From Deltaproteobacteria bacterium (GTDB lineage Bacteria; Desulfobacterota; Binatia; DP-6), in the NCBI GenBank assembly GCA_005879585.1, contig VBKG01000337.1, positions 1 to 52,609 on the forward strand: a DNA stretch of 52,609 nt, read 5' to 3'. This document shows, one piece after another, positions 44,986 through 52,609 of this stretch. Each line of letters starts with the position of its first letter. Position 1 is the stretch's first letter. Below the pieces are notes generated by a model. That model searched no databases. It saw nothing but the letters and a program-made list of their open reading frames with translations, and was not told where the DNA came from. The position numbers and the translations under genes are program-made.

Positions 44986-46117
44986 CGAACGCCTCGACGT
45001 ACACGCGCGGCACGCGCTTCCCGACCGAGGTGAGGACCTCGTACGCGATGGTCTCGACCCAGCCGGCCACCTCGTCGGCCCAGATCGACGCGCCGTCCTG
45101 GCTGCCGAACAGGACGACCGGGTCGCCGTCGCGAACCTCGCCCGCATCCGTCACGTCGACCATCGTCTGGTCCATGCAGACCCGGCCCGCGAGCGGCGCG
45201 CGGCGCCCGTGCACGAGCACCTGGGCGCGGTTGGACGCGAGGCGGTGATAGCCGTCGGCATAGCCGAGCGGCAGGACGGCGATCGTGCTGGGCCGCGCCG
45301 CCACCCACGTCCCGGCGTATCCGACCGGCGTTCCGGCGACGATCCGCCGGGTCTGCGCCACCCGCGTCCGGAGCCGCATCGCGGGCGCGAGGGGCGCGCG
45401 GGACGCGAGGTGCGCGGCGGGGGCGTAGCCGTAGAGCATGATGCCCGGACGCACCATCGTGAAGTGGGCGGCGGGCGTCGAGAGGACGGCCGCGCTGTTG
45501 GCGAGGTGCACGTCGGCCGGACGCACGCCCGCGGCGGCGAGGGCGTCGACCGCGGCCCGGAACCGCTCCACCTGGGCCCGCGCCGTCGCCGTGTCCACGG
45601 CGTCCGCCGAGGCGAAGTGCGAGAAGACACCGGCGATGCGCAGCCCCGGCAGGTCGCGGACGGCCGTGCCGAAGCCGCCGACGTCGGCCGGGTCGAGCCC
45701 GAGCCGCGTCATCCCCGTCTCCACCTTTATATGGATGCTGGCGGTCCGGCCGAGGGCCCGCGCGGCCCCGGCGAGCGCGTCCGCCGCCGCCCGCGTCCAG
45801 ACCGCGACCTCGAGGTCGCCCGCGACGGCGTTGGCGGCCTCGCCCGGGAACGCGCCGCCGAGGACGACGACCGGTCCGCCGACACCCGCGTGCCGGAGCT
45901 CCATGCCTTCCTCGACGGTCGAGACGCCGAGCGCGCTGGCGCCGGCCTCGACGAAGGCGCGCGCCGCGGCGACGGCGCCGTGCCCGTAGCCGTCGGCTTT
46001 GACGACCGCGAGGACCTTCACGCCGGGACCGACGAGCTCGCGCGCCGCGCGGAGATTCGTCCGCAGCGCCCCGAGGCTCACCTCGGCGACCGTGGGCCTA
46101 CCCTGGTTTTCGAGCAT
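44978..46117 (-). CDS. alr: Alanine racemase
   Basis: AVVKADGYGHG, HIKVETGMTRLG, GYADG, GRVCMDQ. Confidence 0.96.
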   Translation of the reverse strand: MLENQGRPTVAEVSLGALRTNLRAARELVGPGVKVLAVVKADGYGHGAVAAARAFVEAGASALGVSTVEEGMELRHAGVGGPVVVLGGAFPGEAANAVAGDLEVAVWTRAAADALAGAARALGRTASIHIKVETGMTRLGLDPADVGGFGTAVRDLPGLRIAGVFSHFASADAVDTATARAQVERFRAAVDALAAAGVRPADVHLANSAAVLSTPAAHFTMVRPGIMLYGYAPAAHLASRAPLAPAMRLRTRVAQTRRIVAGTPVGYAGTWVAARPSTIAVLPLGYADGYHRLASNRAQVLVHGRRAPLAGRVCMDQTMVDVTDAGEVRDGDPVVLFGSQDGASIWADEVAGWVETIAYEVLTSVGKRVPRVYVEAFDA

Positions 46118-46202
46118 GGAGCGGCAGCGGAGAAAGGTGTCCCAATAGCAAATGGGTCGCCCCCATTCCACTCGGACCCGCTCACCTGTTAGGTTCGCCT
46201 CG

Positions 46203-47699
46203 ATGGCCACGGATTCGCCGCGCCTGGCGATCGTCGGGTCGGGCTTCTCCGGCCTCTGCCTCGGCATCCGTCTGAAGCAGCTCGGCATCGACTGCTTCAC
46301 GATCTTCGAGAAGGCGGATCGCCTCGGCGGGACGTGGCGCGACAACACGTACCCGGGCGCCGCGTGCGACGTGCCGGCGTTCTCCTACTGCTTCTCCTTC
46401 GAGCAGAAAACCGACTGGTCGCGGAAGTGGGCGCCGCAGGAGGAGATCCGCGACTACATGGATCATTGCGCGCGGAAGTACGACGTCCTCCGCCACATCC
46501 GCTTCGGGTCGGAGGTCGCCGGGGCGCGCTGGGACGACGACGCGGCCGCCTGGCGCATCCGCACGGCGAGCGGTGCCGAGACGACCGCCGACGTGCTGGT
46601 GAGCGCCGTCGGGCAGCTGAACCGGCCGGCGATCCCGCCGATCCCGGGCCTCGAGCGGTTCCGGGGCGAGCGCTTCCACTCGGCTCGCTGGAACCACGCG
46701 TACGATCTCGCCGGCAAGCGCGTCGCGGTGATCGGCAACGCGGCGAGCGCCATCCAGTTCATCCCGCAGATCGCGCCGCGTGTCGCGCACCTCACGATCT
46801 TCCAGCGGAGCGCCAACTGGATGCTGCCGCGCGGCGACCGCGCCTACCGGGCGTGGGAGAAGTGGCTCTGCGGCCACGTTCCCGGCGTCGCGCGGCTCTA
46901 CCGCTGGTGGATCTGGGCGAACCTCGAGATGCGCTTCCCGCTCTTCCGCGGCAGCCGCATGCTCGCGAAGGTCGTCGGTCGCCTGGCGGAGCGGAACATC
47001 CAGGACACGATCGCCGATCCGCGCCTCCGCGAGGTCCTGCTGCCGGACTACCCGATCGGCGGGAAGCGCATCCTGATCTCTGACGACTACTACCAGGCGC
47101 TCGGTCGCGCGAACGTCGAGGTCGTGACGGACGGCATCGACCACGTTCGCGAGGACGCGGTGGTCGGCCGCGACGGCCGCGTGCACGCCGTCGACGCCAT
47201 CATCCTCGCGACCGGCTTCGAGTCGACGGCGTTCCTCGCCCCGATGGCCATCGAGGGCGCCGCCGGACGGCGGCTCGACGCGGCCTGGGCCGACGGCGCG
47301 CGCGCGTACCGCGGCATCACGGTCGCCGGGTTCCCGAACTTCTTCATGATGTACGGCCCCAACACGAACCTCGGCCACAACTCGATCATCTTCATGCTCG
47401 AGTGCCAGACGCGCTACATCGTCGAGGCGATCGAGACGCTCCGCCGCCGCGGGCTCGCGTACCTGGACGTCCGCCCCGAGGCGATGGCGGCGTACAACGC
47501 CCGGATCGAGCGCGAGCTCGCACGCACGGTGTGGGCGGCAACGGAGAAGAGCTGGTACAAGATCGCGAGCGGCCGGATCACGAACAACTGGTCCGGCACG
47601 ACGACGCGCTACTGGTGGACGACGCGGCGCTTCGACCGCGCGCAGTACCGGCTGGTCGCGCGCGCTGGGTCGGTCGAGCGCTCTCGATCGGCCGCCTGA
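46203..47699 (+). CDS. Flavin-containing Baeyer-Villiger-type monooxygenase
   Basis: GSGFSG, GGTWRDNTYPG, BVMO fingerprint FRGERFHSARW, ATGF. Confidence 0.92.
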   Translation: MATDSPRLAIVGSGFSGLCLGIRLKQLGIDCFTIFEKADRLGGTWRDNTYPGAACDVPAFSYCFSFEQKTDWSRKWAPQEEIRDYMDHCARKYDVLRHIRFGSEVAGARWDDDAAAWRIRTASGAETTADVLVSAVGQLNRPAIPPIPGLERFRGERFHSARWNHAYDLAGKRVAVIGNAASAIQFIPQIAPRVAHLTIFQRSANWMLPRGDRAYRAWEKWLCGHVPGVARLYRWWIWANLEMRFPLFRGSRMLAKVVGRLAERNIQDTIADPRLREVLLPDYPIGGKRILISDDYYQALGRANVEVVTDGIDHVREDAVVGRDGRVHAVDAIILATGFESTAFLAPMAIEGAAGRRLDAAWADGARAYRGITVAGFPNFFMMYGPNTNLGHNSIIFMLECQTRYIVEAIETLRRRGLAYLDVRPEAMAAYNARIERELARTVWAATEKSWYKIASGRITNNWSGTTTRYWWTTRRFDRAQYRLVARAGSVERSRSAA

Positions 47700-47701
47700 C
47701 G

Positions 47702-48760
47702 CTACCGCCGCGGCCCGCGATGCTGGCGGAAGAAGTCGAGCATCGTCACGGTCCACGACGACGGCCAGCGCGTATGGTTCTGCGACCCTTCGGTGTATCC
47801 GCGGGGATTGTCCGCGAAGTTCACGTCGGCGTCGGGATTCGTGCCGCACCCGGGGTCGCAGGTCAGCACCTGCTGCTGCGAGCCGTCGATGATGACATCG
47901 GTGAACGGCGTCCGGAGCGGCAGGAGCTGGCTCATCAGCAGCTCGCCGTTCGGGCAGATGCCCGCGATGTCGCACGCGTTGTGGACGTGGAGGATCGGCA
48001 GCCGCCGGTGGGGGACCTGGAGCTCCGCGAGGCTGCGCGCCCGGTGCGCCACCGGGTGCTGCGGGCACGGGTCGTTGAACGCCTCGAACGGATCGGGCCC
48101 CGTGTACACCGCCGCCGCGGCGATGCGGCGGCGGCTGAGCGCATAGAGGAAGCCCATCGCGGAGCCATTCGACCATCCGGTGAGATAGATGCGGCGTGTG
48201 TCGACCTTGCCCGTGGCGATCTCCACGTCGATGAAGTGATCGATTGTCGCGGCGTCGACGTTCTGCGGATAGGTAACGCCGCCCGCCACGACGTCGCGCC
48301 CGCGACGCTCGAGTTGGCGGTACCAGTTGTCCCAGCCCGTCCCCTGGTCGTCGGGCTGCGGGTAGTAATGCATCGTCGCCCGCCCTTCGGGCGCCACGAC
48401 GATGAAGCCGGGCCGCGCCGGGTCGTCGGTCAGATTCGCCGTCGTCTGGTAGTCGAGGATGTTCGTGGCGACGGCGAGCGTGTCGGCCGTGAAGAGCGAC
48501 GGATGGAGGTAGACGATCAGCGGCAGCGGCTCCGTGGGCGCCGCCGACGCGGGCTCGTAGAGACATGCGTGGCGCGTCGTGCCGTCGGCGTCGGTCCAGG
48601 GTGCCATCATCGTCCCGTTGACGCACCCGAGCTGCGTCAGGTCCTGGACCATCGGGCGCGGGGAGTTGCCGAACGGATTGCAGCCATCCGCGGCGGCGGT
48701 GGCGGGCAAGGCCATGACAATGGCCACGCAGAAAAGAAGACGCGCTCGCAGGTTCGTCAT
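47702..48760 (-). CDS. Secreted esterase (PHB depolymerase/LpqC-like alpha/beta hydrolase)
   Basis: Signal peptide ending ATAAA, TGWSNG elbow, C-terminal HTRWP; several Cys. Confidence 0.75.
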   Translation of the reverse strand: MTNLRARLLFCVAIVMALPATAAADGCNPFGNSPRPMVQDLTQLGCVNGTMMAPWTDADGTTRHACLYEPASAAPTEPLPLIVYLHPSLFTADTLAVATNILDYQTTANLTDDPARPGFIVVAPEGRATMHYYPQPDDQGTGWDNWYRQLERRGRDVVAGGVTYPQNVDAATIDHFIDVEIATGKVDTRRIYLTGWSNGSAMGFLYALSRRRIAAAAVYTGPDPFEAFNDPCPQHPVAHRARSLAELQVPHRRLPILHVHNACDIAGICPNGELLMSQLLPLRTPFTDVIIDGSQQQVLTCDPGCGTNPDADVNFADNPRGYTEGSQNHTRWPSSWTVTMLDFFRQHRGPRR

Positions 48761-48992
48761 CGTGCCTCCGCGCGGTGTCCGTCCGGACTCCGGCGATCGG
48801 CTCGTAGCGCGTTCTCGCTCGGCGCGGCAGTGCCGTCATGAGGGGAGCGGGCCGCACCGGAGGACGTGACGGCACGCGCGCCACCCGCTTGGGCTCCCCG
48901 GCAAAGTCGCCGTTACCGCGACGGCGCCAACTACTGTCAGGTCCGCGGCAAGCAGACCAGCTTCAGGGTGTCGCGATGGCAGCGACTTGTTG

Positions 48993-49361
48993 TCAGACTG
49001 AGACCAATGCAAGATGCACCGCGAGTGCCCGATCGAGGGCGCGCTGGGCATCGCTCGAGACGCGGCCCGCTCGTTTGACGACTCGACTGCGGTCGTAGGT
49101 CATGACCATCGACGCGTTCGCGACCCTCGCGTCGGTGAGGTTCGAACGTGGCCTGCGGATATCGACCACGTACGCTCTCGCCGCACGCTCCCTGGTATGG
49201 GCTTGTGTCGGAACGACGGTGACGGCTTGACCGAACCGATTGGCGATGTCGTTCGACACGACGACGCAGGTTCGCGTCTTTCGCGGCTCGACTCCCACGG
49301 ACGGATCGCACTGGATCCAGACGATGTCACCGCGGCGGACCTCGACGGGCTCACGTTTCAT
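48993..49361 (-). CDS. mazF: PemK/MazF family toxin
   Basis: RRGDIVW..CDPSVGVE..KTR.CVVVSND, VVPT. Confidence 0.9.
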   Translation of the reverse strand: MKREPVEVRRGDIVWIQCDPSVGVEPRKTRTCVVVSNDIANRFGQAVTVVPTQAHTRERAARAYVVDIRRPRSNLTDARVANASMVMTYDRSRVVKRAGRVSSDAQRALDRALAVHLALVSV

Positions 49362-49596
49362 CGTCGAGCAGATCGAGCTGCGACGACTCGAGGTCTTTCA
49401 GAAGCGCGCGGGCGTCCGCCCGTCCGGCCGCGTAATCCGCGGCGAGCCGCTTGCGGCGCTCGGCCGCCTCGCGGCGCGCCAGGCCCTCGCGCAGGATCTC
49501 GGTCGCCACCCTGGCACGCGGCCTCCCGACCCGTCCGCTGTGCCGATCCAGCTTCTGAAACGTGTCAGCGTCCAGTGTCAGATTGAGTCGCGCCAT
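49351..49596 (-). CDS. Ribbon-helix-helix antitoxin (putative)
   Basis: RLNLTLD beta-ribbon, acidic C-terminus, overlaps the toxin start. Confidence 0.75.
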   Translation of the reverse strand: MARLNLTLDADTFQKLDRHSGRVGRPRARVATEILREGLARREAAERRKRLAADYAAGRADARALLKDLESSQLDLLDDET

Positions 49597-49717
49597 GACA
49601 CTATGAATAGCACGCGTTTCACCTCTGGGACAACGGTGGCAGTGGGCGATGGCGGATCACGCAGTGGCGCACGGGCTCCCGAGGTGGCCGCGATACATTC
49701 GGTTATCACACGCACGA

Positions 49718-49746
49718 TTGTCAGGCCCGCACCGAGCCGCTATCGT
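49718..49746 (+). promoter_or_regulatory. sigma70 promoter of the thiS operon
   Basis: TTGTCA-N17-TATCGT, 11 nt before the GTG. Confidence 0.55.
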
Positions 49747-49757
49747 CGCGCCGTAGC

Positions 49758-49958
49758 GTGCAGGTGGTCGTGAACGATGAGCCGCGCGAGCTGGCCGAGG
49801 GAGCAACCGTGGCCGATCTGGTGATCGCCCTCGGGCTCGGGCCGCGCCGCATCGCGGTCGAGGTGAACCGCGCCGTCGTGCCGCGGGCGGATTACGGCGC
49901 CACCGTGCTGCACGCCGGCGACGCCGTCGAGGTCATCAACTTCGTGGGTGGCGGATGA
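49758..49958 (+). CDS. thiS: Sulfur carrier protein ThiS
   Basis: 66 aa, IAVEVN, C-terminal VGGG. Confidence 0.95.
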   Translation: MQVVVNDEPRELAEGATVADLVIALGLGPRRIAVEVNRAVVPRADYGATVLHAGDAVEVINFVGGG

Positions 49959-50728
49959 GCGATCCCTTCGTCCTCGCCGGACGCGAGTATCGCTCGCGGC
50001 TGATCGTCGGCACCGGCAAGTATGCGTCGTTCGCCGAGACGCGGCGCGCGGTCGAGGCGGCGGGGGCCGAGATCGTTACGGTCGCGGTCCGGCGCGTGAA
50101 CATCACCGACCCGGGCAAGGAGAACCTGCTCGACCACCTGCCGCTCGACCGCTTCACGATCCTGCCGAACACCGCAGGCTGCTACACGGCCGAGGACGCG
50201 ATCCGCACCTGCCGCCTGGCCCGCGAGGCCGGCGTCGGGACGCTCGTCAAGCTCGAGGTCATCGGCGACGAGAAGACGCTCTTCCCGGACATCGCCGCGA
50301 CGATCGAGGCGGCGCGTGTGCTCGTCCGCGAGGGCTTCCAGGTCCTGCCGTACATCACGGACGACCCGGTGGCGTGCAAGCGCCTCGAGGAGATCGGCTG
50401 TGCGGCCGTGATGCCACTCGCGGCGCCGATCGGCTCGGGGCTCGGCATCCGGAACCCGTTCAACCTTCGCATCATCGTCGACCAGAGCCGTGTCCCGGTG
50501 ATCGTCGACGCGGGCGTCGGCACGGCGTCGCACGCCTCCGAAGCGCTCGAGCTCGGGTGCGACGGCGTCCTCATGAATACCGCGATCGCGGGGGCGAAGG
50601 ACCCGATCCTCATGGCCGACGCGATGCGCCTGGCCGTCGAGGCGGGGCGGAAGGCGTTCCTGGCCGGCCGGATCCCGGCCCGGCTGCACGCCGCGGCGTC
50701 GAGCCCCCTGGACGGCCTCATCCGCTGA
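49955..50728 (+). CDS. thiG: Thiazole synthase
   Basis: [37 protein letters not shown]. Confidence 0.97.
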   Translation: MSDPFVLAGREYRSRLIVGTGKYASFAETRRAVEAAGAEIVTVAVRRVNITDPGKENLLDHLPLDRFTILPNTAGCYTAEDAIRTCRLAREAGVGTLVKLEVIGDEKTLFPDIAATIEAARVLVREGFQVLPYITDDPVACKRLEEIGCAAVMPLAAPIGSGLGIRNPFNLRIIVDQSRVPVIVDAGVGTASHASEALELGCDGVLMNTAIAGAKDPILMADAMRLAVEAGRKAFLAGRIPARLHAAASSPLDGLIR

Positions 50729-50745
50729 TCTGCTATACGGTGCCC

Positions 50746-52173
50746 GTGCGCAGGGCCGCGCGCGGGACCGAGGACTGGTGGGCCCTCTGGATCGGCCTCG
50801 GGCTGGTCGCGCTGTCGCTGCCGGTACTGGCCGGCGTCGACGTCCTCGGGTGGGCCGCGGCAACGCAGGTCTGGATCGTGCCCGCGAAGGCCGTCGCCGC
50901 GGTCTCGAAGGCGTACGCCGCGCTCCCCGGGCTCGTGAGCCTCGCCTTCACCTACCTCTTCCTCCTCGCGGCCATGAGCCTCGGCGCCGCCGCCCTCGGG
51001 CTCGACGTCGGCCGCTTCGTCGCGGGCTTCAGCGCCATCTTCTGGGCGAGCTGGCTCTGCTGGCTCGCGGGCAACCACGCCTACATCGCGGCGACGCCCG
51101 ACAAGCGCGCAGGCTTCGGCATCGCGTGGTCGCTGGCGCTCACCGGCGAGGCCGGCTTCATCATCGCGCTCGTCGCCGGCCTCGTGGTCGGCAACTTCCT
51201 GCCGCGCGCGGCCGCGGCGCTCGCCGAGGCGACGCGGCCGGAGTGGTACGTGAAGACGGCGATCGTCATCCTCGGCGCGTCGCTCGGCGTGCAGGCGGCG
51301 GGCGCCCGCGGGCTTGCCACGGCCGTCCTCTTCCGCGGCCTCGCAGCGATCGTCGAGGCCTACCTCATCTACTGGGCGGTCGTGTACCTGGTGGCGCGCC
51401 GGGTCTTTGGCCTCACGCGCGAGTGGGCCGCGCCGCTGGCATCGGGTGTCAGCATTTGCGGCGTATCGGCCGCGATGGCGACGGCCGCCGCGATCCGCGC
51501 GCGCCCTATCGTCCCCATCATGATCTCGTCGCTCGTCGTGCTGTTCGCGGTCGTCGAGCTGCTGATTCTGCCGTTCGCGGCGCAGACGTTCCTCGCCCAT
51601 CAGCCGATGGTGGCGGGCGCGTGGATGGGGCTCGCCGTCAAGACCGACGGCGCCGCCGTGGCGAGCGGCGCCATCACCGACGCGCTCATCCGCGCGAAGG
51701 CGGCCGGCGCGGGCATCGTGTACCAGGAGGGGTGGATCCTCCTCACGACGACGACCGTCAAGGTGTTCATCGACATGTTCATCGGCGTGTGGGCGTTCGT
51801 CCTTGCCGTCGTGTGGACGTCGGCGATCGACCGCTCCGGGAGCGCCCGCGCATCCGATATCTGGCATCGCTTCCCGAAGTTCGTGCTCGGCTACTTCGTG
51901 AGCTTCGTCGTGACGCTGCTGCTCGTGGTGGCGCGGCCGGGCCTGCTCGACGCCGCCAAGATCGCGACCGCCGAAACCAACGTGTTCCGCGTGCTCTTCT
52001 TCGCGATGACGTTCTTCACGATCGGCGTCGCCTCGGATTTCCGGAAGCTCCGCCAGGAGGGCATCGGGCGGCTCGCACTGGTCTACGTCGTCTGCCTCTT
52101 CGGGTTCATCATCTGGGTAGGGCTCGCGGTGTCGTGGATCTTCTTCCACGGCATCGTGCCGCCGCGCGCGTGA
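50746..52173 (+). CDS. YeiH / putative sulfate exporter family membrane protein
   Basis: EDWWALWIG, SGVSICGVSAA, TDGAAVA, RFPKFVLG; many TM segments. Confidence 0.85.
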   Translation: MRRAARGTEDWWALWIGLGLVALSLPVLAGVDVLGWAAATQVWIVPAKAVAAVSKAYAALPGLVSLAFTYLFLLAAMSLGAAALGLDVGRFVAGFSAIFWASWLCWLAGNHAYIAATPDKRAGFGIAWSLALTGEAGFIIALVAGLVVGNFLPRAAAALAEATRPEWYVKTAIVILGASLGVQAAGARGLATAVLFRGLAAIVEAYLIYWAVVYLVARRVFGLTREWAAPLASGVSICGVSAAMATAAAIRARPIVPIMISSLVVLFAVVELLILPFAAQTFLAHQPMVAGAWMGLAVKTDGAAVASGAITDALIRAKAAGAGIVYQEGWILLTTTTVKVFIDMFIGVWAFVLAVVWTSAIDRSGSARASDIWHRFPKFVLGYFVSFVVTLLLVVARPGLLDAAKIATAETNVFRVLFFAMTFFTIGVASDFRKLRQEGIGRLALVYVVCLFGFIIWVGLAVSWIFFHGIVPPRA

Positions 52174-52286
52174 TGGAAGAGCCGCTGCTGCCGGCCGAGG
52201 TGAAGCTGATCGCGTGGAGTCTCGTGCTCGGCGTGGCGCTGCTCGGGCTCCTCGTCTGGGTGAGCAATGCCTTCTTCGCCCCCTAG
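52173..52286 (+). CDS. 37-aa single-TM protein coupled to the YeiH gene
   Basis: TGATG overlap with the YeiH stop; MEEPLLPAEVKLIAWSLVLGVALLGLLVWVSNAFFAP. Confidence 0.65.
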   Translation: MEEPLLPAEVKLIAWSLVLGVALLGLLVWVSNAFFAP

Positions 52287-52609
52287 GCTCGTCCTCATCA
52301 CCGACCGGCACGGCACGGCGGTGGTCGAAGCCGCGCTCGACGCGGGACTGCCCGCCGTGCAGCTCCGCGACAAGGAGCTGCCCGGGCGGCCGCTCCTGGC
52401 GCTCGCGGAGCGCCTGCGCTTGGCGACGGCGCGCACCGGCGCGCTGCTGTTCGTGAACGATCGCGTCGACGTCGCGCTCGCCGTCGGCGCCGACGGTGTA
52501 CAGCTCGGCACGGGCTCGATGCCGGCCGACGTCGCTCGCCGCCTGCTCCCGGCGGGCACGCTGATCGGCGTCTCGACGCACGCGCCGGGCGAGGCCTCCG
52601 CCGGCGCCG
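52267..52609 (+). CDS. thiE: Thiamine-phosphate synthase ThiE/TenI family (runs off the window)
   Basis: Hand translation from ATG 52267: RLVLITDR, VQLRDK, VNDRVDVALAVGADGVQL, IGVSTH. Confidence 0.85.
   Translation, partial: MPSSPPRLVLITDRHGTAVVEAALDAGLPAVQLRDKELPGRPLLALAERLRLATARTGALLFVNDRVDVALAVGADGVQLGTGSMPADVARRLLPAGTLIGVSTHAPGEASAGA

Noticed and set aside
46147-46162. sigma54-like GGGCGACCCATTTGCT upstream of alr
   Set aside because: Spacing is right but the -24 half matches TGGCAC poorly.
48990-49724. TTGTCAG direct repeat flanking the TA module as a target-site duplication
   Set aside because: Only 7 bp, TGTCAG recurs several times locally, and one copy is the thiS -35 element.
49597-49757. 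TPP riboswitch before thiS
   Set aside because: No CTGAGA / ACCTGA core, and the promoter lies too close to the start codon.
118-52581. Many long Arg/Ala/Pro-rich ORFs in the track (e.g. 16920..19994 +, 27869..32335 +, 46182..48884 -)
   Set aside because: Antisense or off-frame shadows of real genes, expected at this GC content; no motifs.

Overview
High-GC bacterial core-genome window. The gene content suggests a Deltaproteobacteria-like lineage such as Ca. Binatia or Myxococcota (inference only). In order it holds: a complex I cluster nuoA-C-D-E-H-J-K/L-M-N that lacks nuoB/F/G/I and has nuoK running in frame into nuoL; amgK-murU; patatin; thiolase; APS/PAPS reductase; ftsB-like; gcvH; NrdR-boxed nrdJ; dciA; thiI; Nudix; M23 peptidase; MBL hydrolase; large NAD-glutamate dehydrogenase; PD40/M48/lipoprotein envelope genes; rlmD; Rieske; a MoxR-VWA pair; thyX; tsaC; purE-D-H; alr; BVMO; secreted esterase; a MazF-type TA pair; and thiS-thiG-(YeiH plus micro-protein)-thiE. 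The most unusual element is missing from the ORF track. It is a ~300-nt stand-alone transcription unit (about 16035->15729, minus strand) encoding a 30-aa, 18-Lys micro-protein, with UTRs that pair across the ORF and a coding segment complementary to its own terminator. Other oddities: a pair of ~110-bp self-folding repeats in inverted orientation, three sigma54 promoters, many apparently leaderless genes, AT-rich codon patches in thyX and nrdJ catalytic motifs, and a tsaC with no canonical start. No tRNA, rRNA, CRISPR array or transposase was seen.
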